Assembly: GCA_002269645.1 (NCBI GenBank)
Contig: NIVC01002242.1
Location: 62,001-126,000 of the forward strand
Length of the DNA: 64,000 nucleotides
Direction of reading: 5' to 3'
Origin: Macrostomum lignano
Taxonomy: Eukaryota
Position 1 is the stretch's first letter, and each line of letters begins with the position of its first letter. Made by a program: the position numbers and the translations under genes. The notes under the pieces were generated by a model. That model saw only the letters and a list, made by a program, of their open reading frames with translations. It was not told where the DNA came from and ran no database searches. Positions 12,025 to 22,409 of this stretch are shown here, piece by piece.

Positions 12025-13450
12025 CATGACCGTCCCTCATGACCGTCCCTCATGACCGTCCCTCATGACCGTCCCTCATGACCGTCCCTCATGACCGTCC
12101 CTCATGACCGTCCCTCATGACCGTCCCTCATGACCGTCCCTCATGACCGTCCCTCATGACCGTCCCTCAAGACCGTCCCTCATGACCGTCCCTCATGACC
12201 GTCCCTCATGACCGTCCCTCCTGACTGTCCCTCATGACCGTCCCTCCTGACCGTCCCTCATGACCGTCCCTCATGACCTCATGACCTCCCTCATGACCGT
12301 CCCTCATGACCGTTCTCATGACCTCATGACCTCCCTCATGACCGTCCCTCAAGACCGTCCCTCATGACCGTCCCTCATGACCGTCTCTCATGAACGTCCC
12401 TCATGACCGTCCCTCATGACCGTCCCTCATGACCTCCCTCAAGACCGTCCCTCATGACCTTCCTCATGACCGTCCCTCATGACCTCCTTCATGACCGTCC
12501 CTCCTGACCGTCCCTCATGACCGTCCCTCATGACCGTCCCTCATGACCGTCCCTCATGACCTCATGACCTCCCTCAAGACTGTCCCTCATGACCTTCCTC
12601 ATGACCGTCCCTCATGACCTCATGACTGTCCCTCATGACCGTCCCTCATGACCGTCCCTCATGACCTCATGACCTCCCTCATGACCGTCCCTCAAGACCG
12701 TCCCTCATGACCTTCCTCATGACCGTCCCTCCTAACTGTCCTTCATGAAGTCCTAATGACCTCCTTCATGACCGTCCCTCCTGACCGTCCCTCATGACCG
12801 TCTCTCATGAACGTCCCTCATGACCGTCCCTCATGACCGTCCCTCATGACCGTCCCTCATGACCTCCTTCATGACCGTCCCTCATGACCGTCCCTCCTGA
12901 CCGTCCCTCATGACCTTCCTCATGACCGTCCCTCATGACCGTCCCTCATGACCGTCCCTCCTAACTGTCCTTCATGAAGTCCTAATGACCTCCTTCATGA
13001 CCGTCCCTCATGACCGTCCCTCATGACCTTCCTCATGACCGTCCCTCATGACCTCATGACCTCCCTCATGACCGTCCCTCATGACCGTCCCTCATGACCT
13101 CATGACCTCCCTCATGACCGTCCTTCAAGACCGTCCCTCATGACCTTCCTCATGACCGTCCCTCCTAACTGTCCTTCATGAAGTCCTAATGACCTCCTTC
13201 ATGACCGTCCCTCCTGACCGTCCCTCATGACCGTCTCTCATGAACGTCCCTCATGACCGTCCCTCATGACCTTCCTTTATGACCGTCCCTCATGACCTCC
13301 TTCATGACCGTCCCTCATGACCGTCCCTCATGACCGTCCCTCATGACCTCCCTCAAGACCGTCCCTCATGACCTTCCTCATGACCGTCCCTCCTGACCGT
13401 CCCTCATGACCGTCCCTCATGACCGTCCCTCATGACCGTCCCTCATGACC
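12025..13450. repeat. 13-bp satellite (CATGACCGTCCCT), ~110 units
   Basis: Directly visible; degenerate copies extend left to ~11790. Confidence 0.97.
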
Positions 13451-13468
13451 TCCATTGCAATCTTCTCT

Positions 13469-14753
13469 TCAAACTTCCACGCCGCCCTGGCCGCCATCCG
13501 CGGCTTCAATCCGCTGCCTGCTGCTGCCTCCCCGAAGCGACGATGCCGCCTGCCCGACGTTGGTCGCCTGCTGGCCGCCGCCACCGCCGCCGCCGCAACA
13601 GCCGCCGAAACGGCACAGCGGCACTCGCATGAGAATGTCTACAGGGCCTCGAGAGAGCAGGCAAGCGATGGCCAGGTAGATGGACTGCATAGCCTGCAGC
13701 ATGTGGAACAGGTACCACAGGCAGAGTGCCTCGCAGTTGGGGTGCAGCGCCAGCGCCACCAAGCCACAGGGCCAAACAGCCGCCTGACTGGCCGCCAACC
13801 GGCAGAGCAGCTGCACCGCGTTAGCGGCCGATTCAGCGCCTGCGGCGGCCGCGGCGGCTGCGGCGCTACGCGCGGTGGCGCTGACAACCCCGGCGCGTCC
13901 AGCCGTCGCTGCTGCCGCCGCCGCTGAGGCCGCCGCCGCCTCCTCAGAAGCAGCTTGCGCTTCCGGAAGCAGATCGTCTCGCAATAGCAGCAACGGCGGA
14001 AGCAGCAACCAGTAGATGAAGGTGGCTGGACCGGCTAAAAGCAGGGCGTAGCCAACTGCGGCCGGGTGATCGGAGCCGCTGCCGCCGCTGCAGTTGCGGA
14101 AGAGAAGAGCGGTGCTGACCCGGGTGTAGCCAGTGTCCAGCGACTCTGTGAATGGCAATTGTTGCGTTTTATGAGCCGTCTCAAGGTTCAGAGGGTGGGG
14201 TTGTGTGTTTGCTGGGTTCAGAGATGGGTCAAAGCTATCATTGCTGACCGGAGATCCAGCGACCTGTCGCTCCCAGCGCCACCGGCACTCCGGCGAAGAT
14301 GCCGCAGGTGGCGAGACCCGCAGCCAGTCGGCGACGCCAGCCGCTCGAGTCCATCACTATCAGAGCGGCCGTCGAGGAAGGCGGCGGCGGGCGCCGGACC
14401 AGTCGACTTCGGACCCGCCGGCGGCGCCGATGCCCGATCCGGCGCCACAGGCTGGCGGCGCCCATGGCAACCAGACCGGCGCACAGTAGGTGACAGAAAT
14501 GCCCGACGGAGTTGCCGACAGCCAGGAGAACCGGCGAACTGGCGATGCCGGCAATCAGATTGGCGGCTCCGCCGGCTGCGTGAGCAACCAGTGCGGAAAC
14601 CTGCGCCCAGCCGTACAGTCTGCGCAGTTCGGGCAGGTAAGCCAGCGGCGCCAGGTGCAGCGCCATCGCCGCTTGGCCAACTGCCAGACACGTGAGCGGC
14701 AGCTGCATGTAGAAGTTTCTATCTGCTATCAGCATCCTTTGGGAGCCAAGCAT
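13469..14753 (-). CDS. Divergent class-B (adhesion/Methuselah-like) 7TM receptor; exons ~14753..14264 and 14145..13469; 5' end unresolved
   Basis: Seven hydrophobic segments with class-B-like signatures: YLPELRR after TM1, GHFCHLL in TM3, LLLAGP in TM5, VWPCG in TM6, LWYLFHMLQAMQSIY in TM7. A 118-nt GT-AG intron (phase 1) joins the two ORFs in frame. Confidence 0.65.
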
Positions 14754-14879
14754 CCCTATTTTATTTGAATTCTCAATCTCCCAACACTGAGCCAATAGTG
14801 TCTCGTAAATCTCCGGAGCAATGAAAGCAGCTCCTAGCTGGATTGTGTGGGACTCTACTACCCTACACACTGTTCTACT

Positions 14880-15240
14880 TCCACTGCGCACTCCACCCCA
14901 TTCTGTGCCACCCCTCCCCACTCAGCACGTACCACCTCATTCTGTGCTACCCCTCTCCACTCAGCACCCACCACCCCATTCTGTGCTACCCCTGTCCACT
15001 CAGCACCCACCACCCCATTCTGTGCTACCCCTGTCCACTCAGCACCCACCACCCCATTCTGTGCTACCCCTCTCCACTCAGCACCCACTACCTCATTCTG
15101 TGCTACCCCTGTCCACTCAGCACCCACCACCCCATTCTGTGCTACCCCTGTCCACTCAGCACCCACCACCCCATTCTGTGCTACCCCTCTCCACTCAGCA
15201 CCCACCACCCCATTCTATGCTATCCCTCCCACTCAGCACA
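14880..15240. repeat. 39-bp minisatellite (CCACCACCCCATTCTGTGCTACCCCTGTCCACTCAGCAC), ~9 copies
   Basis: Directly visible. Confidence 0.95.
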
Positions 15241-15764
15241 CAAGCTGGAAGAACTATTTAATTAGCAGACTATGATACCCTATATGCCAAACCTACGCTC
15301 GTAGACTCTAGCGGCAAAAAATCTTGCAATTTTCCTAAACCTTTAGCGAGTACAGTACAGTGCAGAGTTTAAAAAGTTTCACCCAACCCAAGTAGAAGTT
15401 CCAGCTTCTTGAGCCGTTCTAAGAAAGTTCCCTGATTAGTCACGCACTGAGGGAAAATATTCGAAACGATAATTGCCGGATGAAGCATGAATTCAGCCTG
15501 AGAAGAGACAAAATTATTCAGCCGAAGAGCAGACAGAACTTTTTTATAACGGATTTCGAATTCTTGTCGTTTTGAAGATAGAAAAAATTCTTGTTAGGAA
15601 AGACTGAGAAGAAAATGATTTATATAAATTAGTAATAATAGCATTTTTAATTTCAAAGTCCCTTTGAGGAACCTCTGCAACTGTGGGATTACTTCAGAAT
15701 AATCCCCGTATTCGCTAATTTTTTTCATTAACAACTTTAAGAAGCTTCATAGAATTCACTTCAT

Positions 15765-15960
15765 CACGGGGCCACAGCAGTCAACGCGCCTGACTCGGGT
15801 AGCCCGGGGTTCGATGTCGTGCGCGGCCATATTAGGAGCAATTTGGGGCTTGCGAACGAAAATTTACACATAGCTGAGGCTTGTGAGGTGAGGGCCAACC
15901 CATTAGGCACAGAGAGTGTGCATGTCTGACGATTAGAAAGTCGGGGCCGTGGTACAACCA
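15765..15960 (+). mobile_element. Diverged copy of SINE family B
   Basis: GGTTCGAT B-box, ATTTGGGGCT and AGGCACA..GTG..CATG blocks shared with 33848..34115. Confidence 0.5.
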
Positions 15961-16215
15961 AGGATACTCAAGTAGAAAACTTTCATATACAAAAAGCTTC
16001 TATTCTAATTATATATATGCTACGTACAGGTCCTGTGCCTAAAAATCATTTTAAAAGTGGCACGACTTGACTCATTGGTTTTATGAATCTACTTTTATCA
16101 TTCTGTTACACAGAATTATCAAGCTAAGAATGATTGTTACTATAATATTACTTCCAGTAGCAAGACTGGCTTTGTTGAAAAATCGTATGTTTTTTATTTA
16201 TTTAACCGCATGTAA

Positions 16216-16965
16216 TATAGCATTTTGCAGCCCATTTGGGCTTACGCGCATTTAATTTAATCCAAGATACGTTTGCCAATGTAACAGAGCTTTTGTCTAT
16301 GGTAGCAAGGCTGGCGCAGCGGCATTTAATTTGGTCCAAAAAGCATCTATTTGGTCCAAACACTCGTGAGCCATTGGACAAACTCTTGCCTTCTCTCAAC
16401 CGTCTGCAGGTTGTTGCGCACCGCTGGAATGTCAGCGTCTCTACCAAAAGTTTTCAGTTGCTTTTCTAGAGCTCTGCTGATAGTCGAAATCTGATAACCA
16501 ACTGGAGCTGTTCCCTCAACTTCTGCTGCATTTCGGCAACGTCAACAAAGGGTTCGTCTCCACTGCATCGAGTAGCAGTTGGACCTGAGGCTCTCGAGCA
16601 ACTTTCCTTGGCGATTGCCACCCTTTCGCAGGCAATCTCTGCCGGCAGAGTTTCAAGACGCTGCTGGATGCTGTAAACCACCTTTTCTTTTACATTCAGC
16701 AATCTTGCAATGTCCTTTGGGTGTTCACCTCCGTCGAGTGCTTCGATCACAAGCCAATGACATTCGTTCAACAGCCTAGCATATGGTCCACAATTCTGGG
16801 ACTGAGCTGCAAATGAACTAAATGGACCAAATTGATGCTTTTTGGACCAAATTAAATGCCGCTGTGCCAGCCTTGCTACCGTAGACAAAAGCTTCATTAC
16901 TTTGACAAACATATCTTGGATTAAATTCGATGCGCGTAAGCCCAAATGGGCTGCAAAAAGCTATA
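16216..16965 (-). mobile_element. Non-autonomous Tc1/IS630-like DNA transposon with ~140-bp terminal inverted repeats
   Basis: 16216..16358 is an imperfect inverted copy of 16823..16965. The interior encodes a decayed HTH (ALDGGEHPKDIARLLNVKEKVVYSIQQR) and a RRQEFVQW-like segment; no DDE domain. Confidence 0.75.
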
Positions 16966-17364
16966 CTCTGATTTTTAATAAATGAATAATTAAGTAAATA
17001 TCCGCCATTTAATTCGTATTCTATGTTTAAAACGTCCTCAGCAGCACTCAATGGTTCTCGGCTCTCGGGATGCAGCCTCGTTCATTGAAACCATAGACTA
17101 TATGAATTTTTAACCTACAGATATGACGGTTCACACTAAATTCCTAGGCTCCTTCTTTTCTAGTAAAACGATAGTCTATGGCCAAACCTCACTAAAAAAC
17201 GAAGCCTGAGAACTCAAAACGAGGCCTAAGAACAAGGCCTGAGAACTCAAAACGAGGCCTAAGAACAAGGCCTGAGAACATTTTAGAACGACTATAATTT
17301 GTCAGTTAGTCCGTTAGAAGTATAAACTATCAACAGCAGTAACGACCGATTCATTCTTGCCGAT

Positions 17365-18642
17365 TCACTCGAACATGATTTCTACGGTGTTGGTGTCACC
17401 GTGGACAGTCATGCGCATCTTCTTGGTAGTACCCTCAGACACGACATCTTGCTCATTGGTCCACCCGTTGGACTCCACGGCTCCTCCGGCGTGTAGAGCG
17501 TAGGTCATACGCGAATGGTTCTGGACGTCTAGCCGTATGTGCCTCTCAATTGCGTTGGATGAATGTCCAGTGACGCGGGCTATATCGTCCCTAGCCAGTC
17601 CAGCCCGATGCAACGTGCTGGCACAAGTCTTCCTTAGAGACTGGTTTGAGAATTTACCATCCGTAGACACGGGCTTGGTGATATTCGCCACAATGGAGTC
17701 GAGAGTATGCCGGCCGATAGGTCCATTCTGGTACCATCTGCCGCTGTTAATGGCAGACTCACTTCGAAACCAAGTCAGAAAGAGGTTCTCGTGCTTACAT
17801 TGCTCCGGTCGTTAGCCGTCGTAGATTTTATAGATGCACGGAAGGCAGCGCTCATGATCTGGGGTGTGCGAAGCCATGACAACCTTCACAGGACGATTCT
17901 TGCTTCTGATCCCAGCGTTGTTGATTTTCGTGCTCCGCTCCTCTCTGTAGACCAACATTTCCTGGCCATCGTGTAGTTCCAAGCAAATCTCTTTGCTCTC
18001 TCTTTAGACTGTGCAGCTCTGTACCACCACGTATGGCGAAGTTTTTTCTGATATAGAACACGAGCGTATACACCAGAGTCTTGGGATCGCCTGTACCAAG
18101 GAGTTTCTTATCCCATAGATCTTTTTCCATGTCGAACGGAATCGGGTCAGAAGCAAACTTTCCAGCAACGTTGCCCTCCTTGGTCGTCTCCTTCATCGCA
18201 GCATCAAGCGCTCTTCGAGCACCCAGAAAATCGTCATCTTTTCATAAATTCCAGTTAGTGCCAAGTCCAAAATGTACGTGTCGCTGCAAAATGTTAAACA
18301 TATCTCTCAGACTGCTCGAGTTATAATTGGTACTGTGTAACCTCGAACAGGAAGGTCTTTAGTACGAGCTAGATAGTTCCAATCCGATTTTCCCCATTCG
18401 GAACGCTCCTTAAACACAAAAAAGCAGGCGTCTCCATGAAGCAGTTTGGTTTGCCTCTCCTGAAACCAGTCGTCAAATTGCTTTAGTGCCCATCGTTCCT
18501 TCCGGCGTGTCGATTCCGGCACAGCAGCGTCAATCCTTTCAGCAACCTCGTTATCGGACAGTAAAGCAAATCTAGAAGCCTCGTTTTCTCTCAATTCAAT
18601 GTCATTCAACCAGTCGAAAGCGAGTTCCAAGTCGTGTTCCAT
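17365..18642 (-). pseudogene. Inactivated Crypton-type tyrosine recombinase (DUF3504-like) of a DNA transposon
   Basis: Fragments VPESTRRKERWALKQF, F.GARRALDAAMK, LWDKKLLG..DP..LVYTLVFY...NFAIRGG.E, WY.NGPIGRHTL, FSNQSLRKT.AS.L, TGHSSNAIERH. Frameshifts and in-frame stops (~18243, ~17813). Confidence 0.85.
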
Positions 18643-20020
18643 GATTCTCAGTTCTCTCTGATTTTCTCTAGCTGCCCAAACCTTTCCTTTCTCGCTTTTA
18701 ATTTAAGCATCGAATCTTTTACTTTAATTTTTGTGTCTATGGTTAAATGTGGGGGGGCTGCGCCCCCACACCCCCGCTTTTGACGAATACCTCACTCGCA
18801 CTCCCAGTCGCTTCCAATATCTGTAGATTAAGTACGATCTTCGTCTGTTCTTTTGGTGTCTATGGCAGAAAGACCTCGGACGCAATTCTCGGCCTTTCTC
18901 TGCCATAGGAACCAAAAGAACAGACAAAGATTATATACAACAGCGTTTATCATACATGAAATACGATTGCTTATTTACATGAAACTCCCTCGTCAGCAGT
19001 GTCCCCGTTGGGAATTGGGGGTGTAGGCACGAAGACGCACATTCTGACCATAGACAAAAATATTCATCAAGAAAACTTTACAGTAACAGTCACAAAGGTC
19101 CGAGAAACGCAGGCACACGAAAGTCAAGAACACACGGCCTGAATCTTGTTGCACCACCTTCTCAAACAAGAAGAAAGTCGTCAGTCGTCCAAGATCGTCG
19201 AGATTTTCAACGATTCTGCCAGAAGGTCGGATTTGTGCGCCAATCAGCATTGCGCCTCGGTGCAGCCTTGCCAAGCCTCCAAATTTCAAACACGTCGTAC
19301 TCTGCTGCTGTAATCCCCATTTCCCCTAAATAAGGGAACTCCCCCTTGGTATAGTTCGACGGGCGAAAAAATGGCTTGGTATTCCTACTGTTCCGTCATA
19401 CTTCCACAGACTACTGTACAGTATAAGATCCAAATATTAATTAATTTAAAACGACTTCTGTTTACCGAATTGTGATTACTTCAAGTATCGCTTTTTTATT
19501 GGCCATGTGTAATGCCAGAATTTTTAAAAAATTTTTGTTATAATTACAGATAAAGATCAGCCGACCAGCGAACTGACTGATTAAGTTCTCAATCAGCAAT
19601 TATTAATCAAAATACGATAATTTTACAGAGCAGACAATTTTTGCTTCTCGTGAATAAAAATACATTCAGCCTAAATAGAGTGAAAATCCTTTCGCTATGA
19701 AAAATGCACCACATACTACTTTAAGACGTTTGATCATTAATCTTAAGGATGAGTGAATTACTTATAAATACTAATTTTAGCTGAGTAGTACAACGCTTGC
19801 GGGGAATTTTTTATCGGGTCAAGGTTGGTCACGTGATATAGCAGGACCTCTAGATTGTCTGGAGCGAAAGCTGCAGACTCGTAAGCAATGTAAAAAATCT
19901 TTCTAGCGAATTGAAACTTCGGCCTGGCTTCTAGTCCAAGTTTCTAGAGATCCCTGCTAGTCGGCTTTCATATAGTATTTCACATTTAGTCCCCGCGGAA
20001 TCCGGCCTACGGGTGGAGAG

Positions 20021-20581
20021 TCATCGGATGGTAGCCAGAGTGGCGATGGCCAGCAGGATGCCGACCCCGTGGAAGGCGAGCGCCACGCTGCAGGTGACCA
20101 GCTCAGCCGTGAGGGTGTAGCTCTGCCACAGGATCAGGTAGATTGAGCCGATAATTGGCGGCACCGCGAAGCCGATTCCCAGCGCCAGGGACACCCGATT
20201 CTCGGCCAGATTGCCGTGCATTGACAGGCCGATTCGGGCCAAGTCGAGGCCGCAGATGACGAACACGAGGATCACCTCAGACGCCAGGATGCCGTTGGCG
20301 AATGGCAGATTCTCTCCTTTCCAGGCGAAAATGAGTATCTGGCAGAGGCAGAACAGCCCGACATAGTACTTGTTTAGGTACAGAATGGCTTGGAAGATCA
20401 TTAGCGAGCGGACATCGCTGTTGGCCCGTTGCGCCGTAGCTGGCGCCGGTGAAGTCCCGGATGGCCCGGTCCCAGACCCTGCTGCCGCCCCCGCCGCCGG
20501 AGCGGGTGCCGCTGTGTCGGCCGGGGCTGCCGCTGCAGCCGCCGCATCGCCGGTGAGTGGAGCCTGCTCCTCGCCGCTCAT
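20021..20581 (-). CDS. TMEM216: Ciliary transition-zone protein, TMEM216/TMEM80 (Transmemb_17) family, intronless CDS
   Basis: QAILYLNKYY, IFAWKG..LP, RIG...HGNL.E, YLILWQSY.L..E match the TMEM216/80 pattern; four TM segments. Exact paralogue is uncertain. Confidence 0.8.
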   Translation of the reverse strand: MSGEEQAPLTGDAAAAAAAPADTAAPAPAAGAAAGSGTGPSGTSPAPATAQRANSDVRSLMIFQAILYLNKYYVGLFCLCQILIFAWKGENLPFANGILASEVILVFVICGLDLARIGLSMHGNLAENRVSLALGIGFAVPPIIGSIYLILWQSYTLTAELVTCSVALAFHGVGILLAIATLATIR

Positions 20582-22409
20582 GACAATTCTTTCACTGCTG
20601 CAGTGGACTGGAATTCAAAAATAAAATACATAAAATTTACTTTTATTATGACTCTGGCTGCACCAAAAATAAAATAACGCAAAAATCTCCAATCCATGCA
20701 CTTTGTTTAGCAATTCGAGTTACATATAAATCTCAGTAGAGCTTATATACATTTGAAAATAGAACAAAACTTAAAGAGCTTTATCTTGTACTAATCTCTA
20801 CACTACAGAATTACTGTGCTGCTTTTTTCATTAGAAGCATTGCAATATGTTAAAAACCTATACATACTAATACCATCCCTTTTAATTTTGGCTTTTGTAG
20901 TAAAACCAGCAATATACTATTTTTCGAATTTAGTACGCATTTTTATGGTATAAAAATTACTGTGAGAATTCAATCAATAATAGATGAAATTTTCTGTTTT
21001 GAGTGCTTAGATTAGCGCTAGATAAATATGTGTTCATAAAGTATATTTAGAAATCAGAACATCTGTCTAAATTTGCATGTAAAAATAGAATGAAGTATGC
21101 AGCTGGCTGTATTATAAAAATAATAACCCAATAAATTCCTCGAAGAACCTATGAATTTTTCTTCTTAAATCCTGAATCAAACAAATATTGCCTAACTGTG
21201 TACGGTTGAACAGAAAACAAAAAATTGTTGAATTTACTAAAATTATAGAATGACTAAAACTAATGAAAATAAAGAATTTATTCAAGTTGATTTAACTTTT
21301 ATTTGCATAAAAACTAAAACTTGCGGAAGTATTGCTTAAAAATGTGTCAAGCTCGTTAAACAATAATATAATTTTAAAAAAGTTGTTATAACGCTTAATT
21401 CCGTAGTAACACGACACCCACAAATCGGAACAAAGGAGTTTCAATTCACATGTTTTAAATTTATTTTTTGTACGGTGCGGGTTAGATAACTAGGTACGTA
21501 CAATATATCATTATAAATCTCATAATATCTTTTGTTGAGAGATTTTACAGCTGCTAGGTCAATATTATTCGCTGAACCTTTTGTTCGCGAATTGGAGCTG
21601 AAGTAATGGTTGTATAGCTAAATTTGAAAATATGAGAATATTTCTTCAGATATTTTTGTGACACTATACTAGGTAATATTATATATAATTAGTTTGTCTG
21701 GTGAATTAAAAAAAAACTCTTATGAAAATTTTACTGCAAGATTTAGTTAAAAGAATGGTATCATATCACATGTTGATATAGACAATTGATGGATAAAAAA
21801 GTATTTTTTTAAATGTATTATTAATATTACATTTAAAGCTTAAATTCTTTTTCCACAAAGAGCTATGTTAGCCCCCAAAACTCATTCCACCACTACTATT
21901 GAATAGTATAAAAAGTTTTATATTTCTCTAATAGCTGTCAAATTTCCCAGAGTCTGTTTCACTTGCTAGTTTAAATTTTATTTTGTATTTTAATGTAATA
22001 TATTATACATCTTAATAATACATGAAATATGGGTTGCAAATAGTATTTATTTATTTACTCTGATGAATTATATTTAATTAGTTGTTTTAGCTTTGCATTC
22101 AGATATTTCAATGCACCCATGTCAATAAATATGCCATTTAAATAGACAAACTTATGGATTTTAATATTTTTTGTCAATCTATCATTTGATTTAATTTTTA
22201 AACTGCCAGTATGCTGTTTCCTCTATACTCTGAACATGCAGTTACCTATATGTGTTCTATATTGGAGCCAAACGCATTTTATTAAATAAAAAATAGTCAT
22301 GTTAATAATGATACAGACTAGTTAGGTGACGATGCATTAATAAAGTTCTAGCTGCTCACGCCATTAACCCACAGAGTTCCTATAGAGATCCTAAATTGAA
22401 TCGCCGGCA

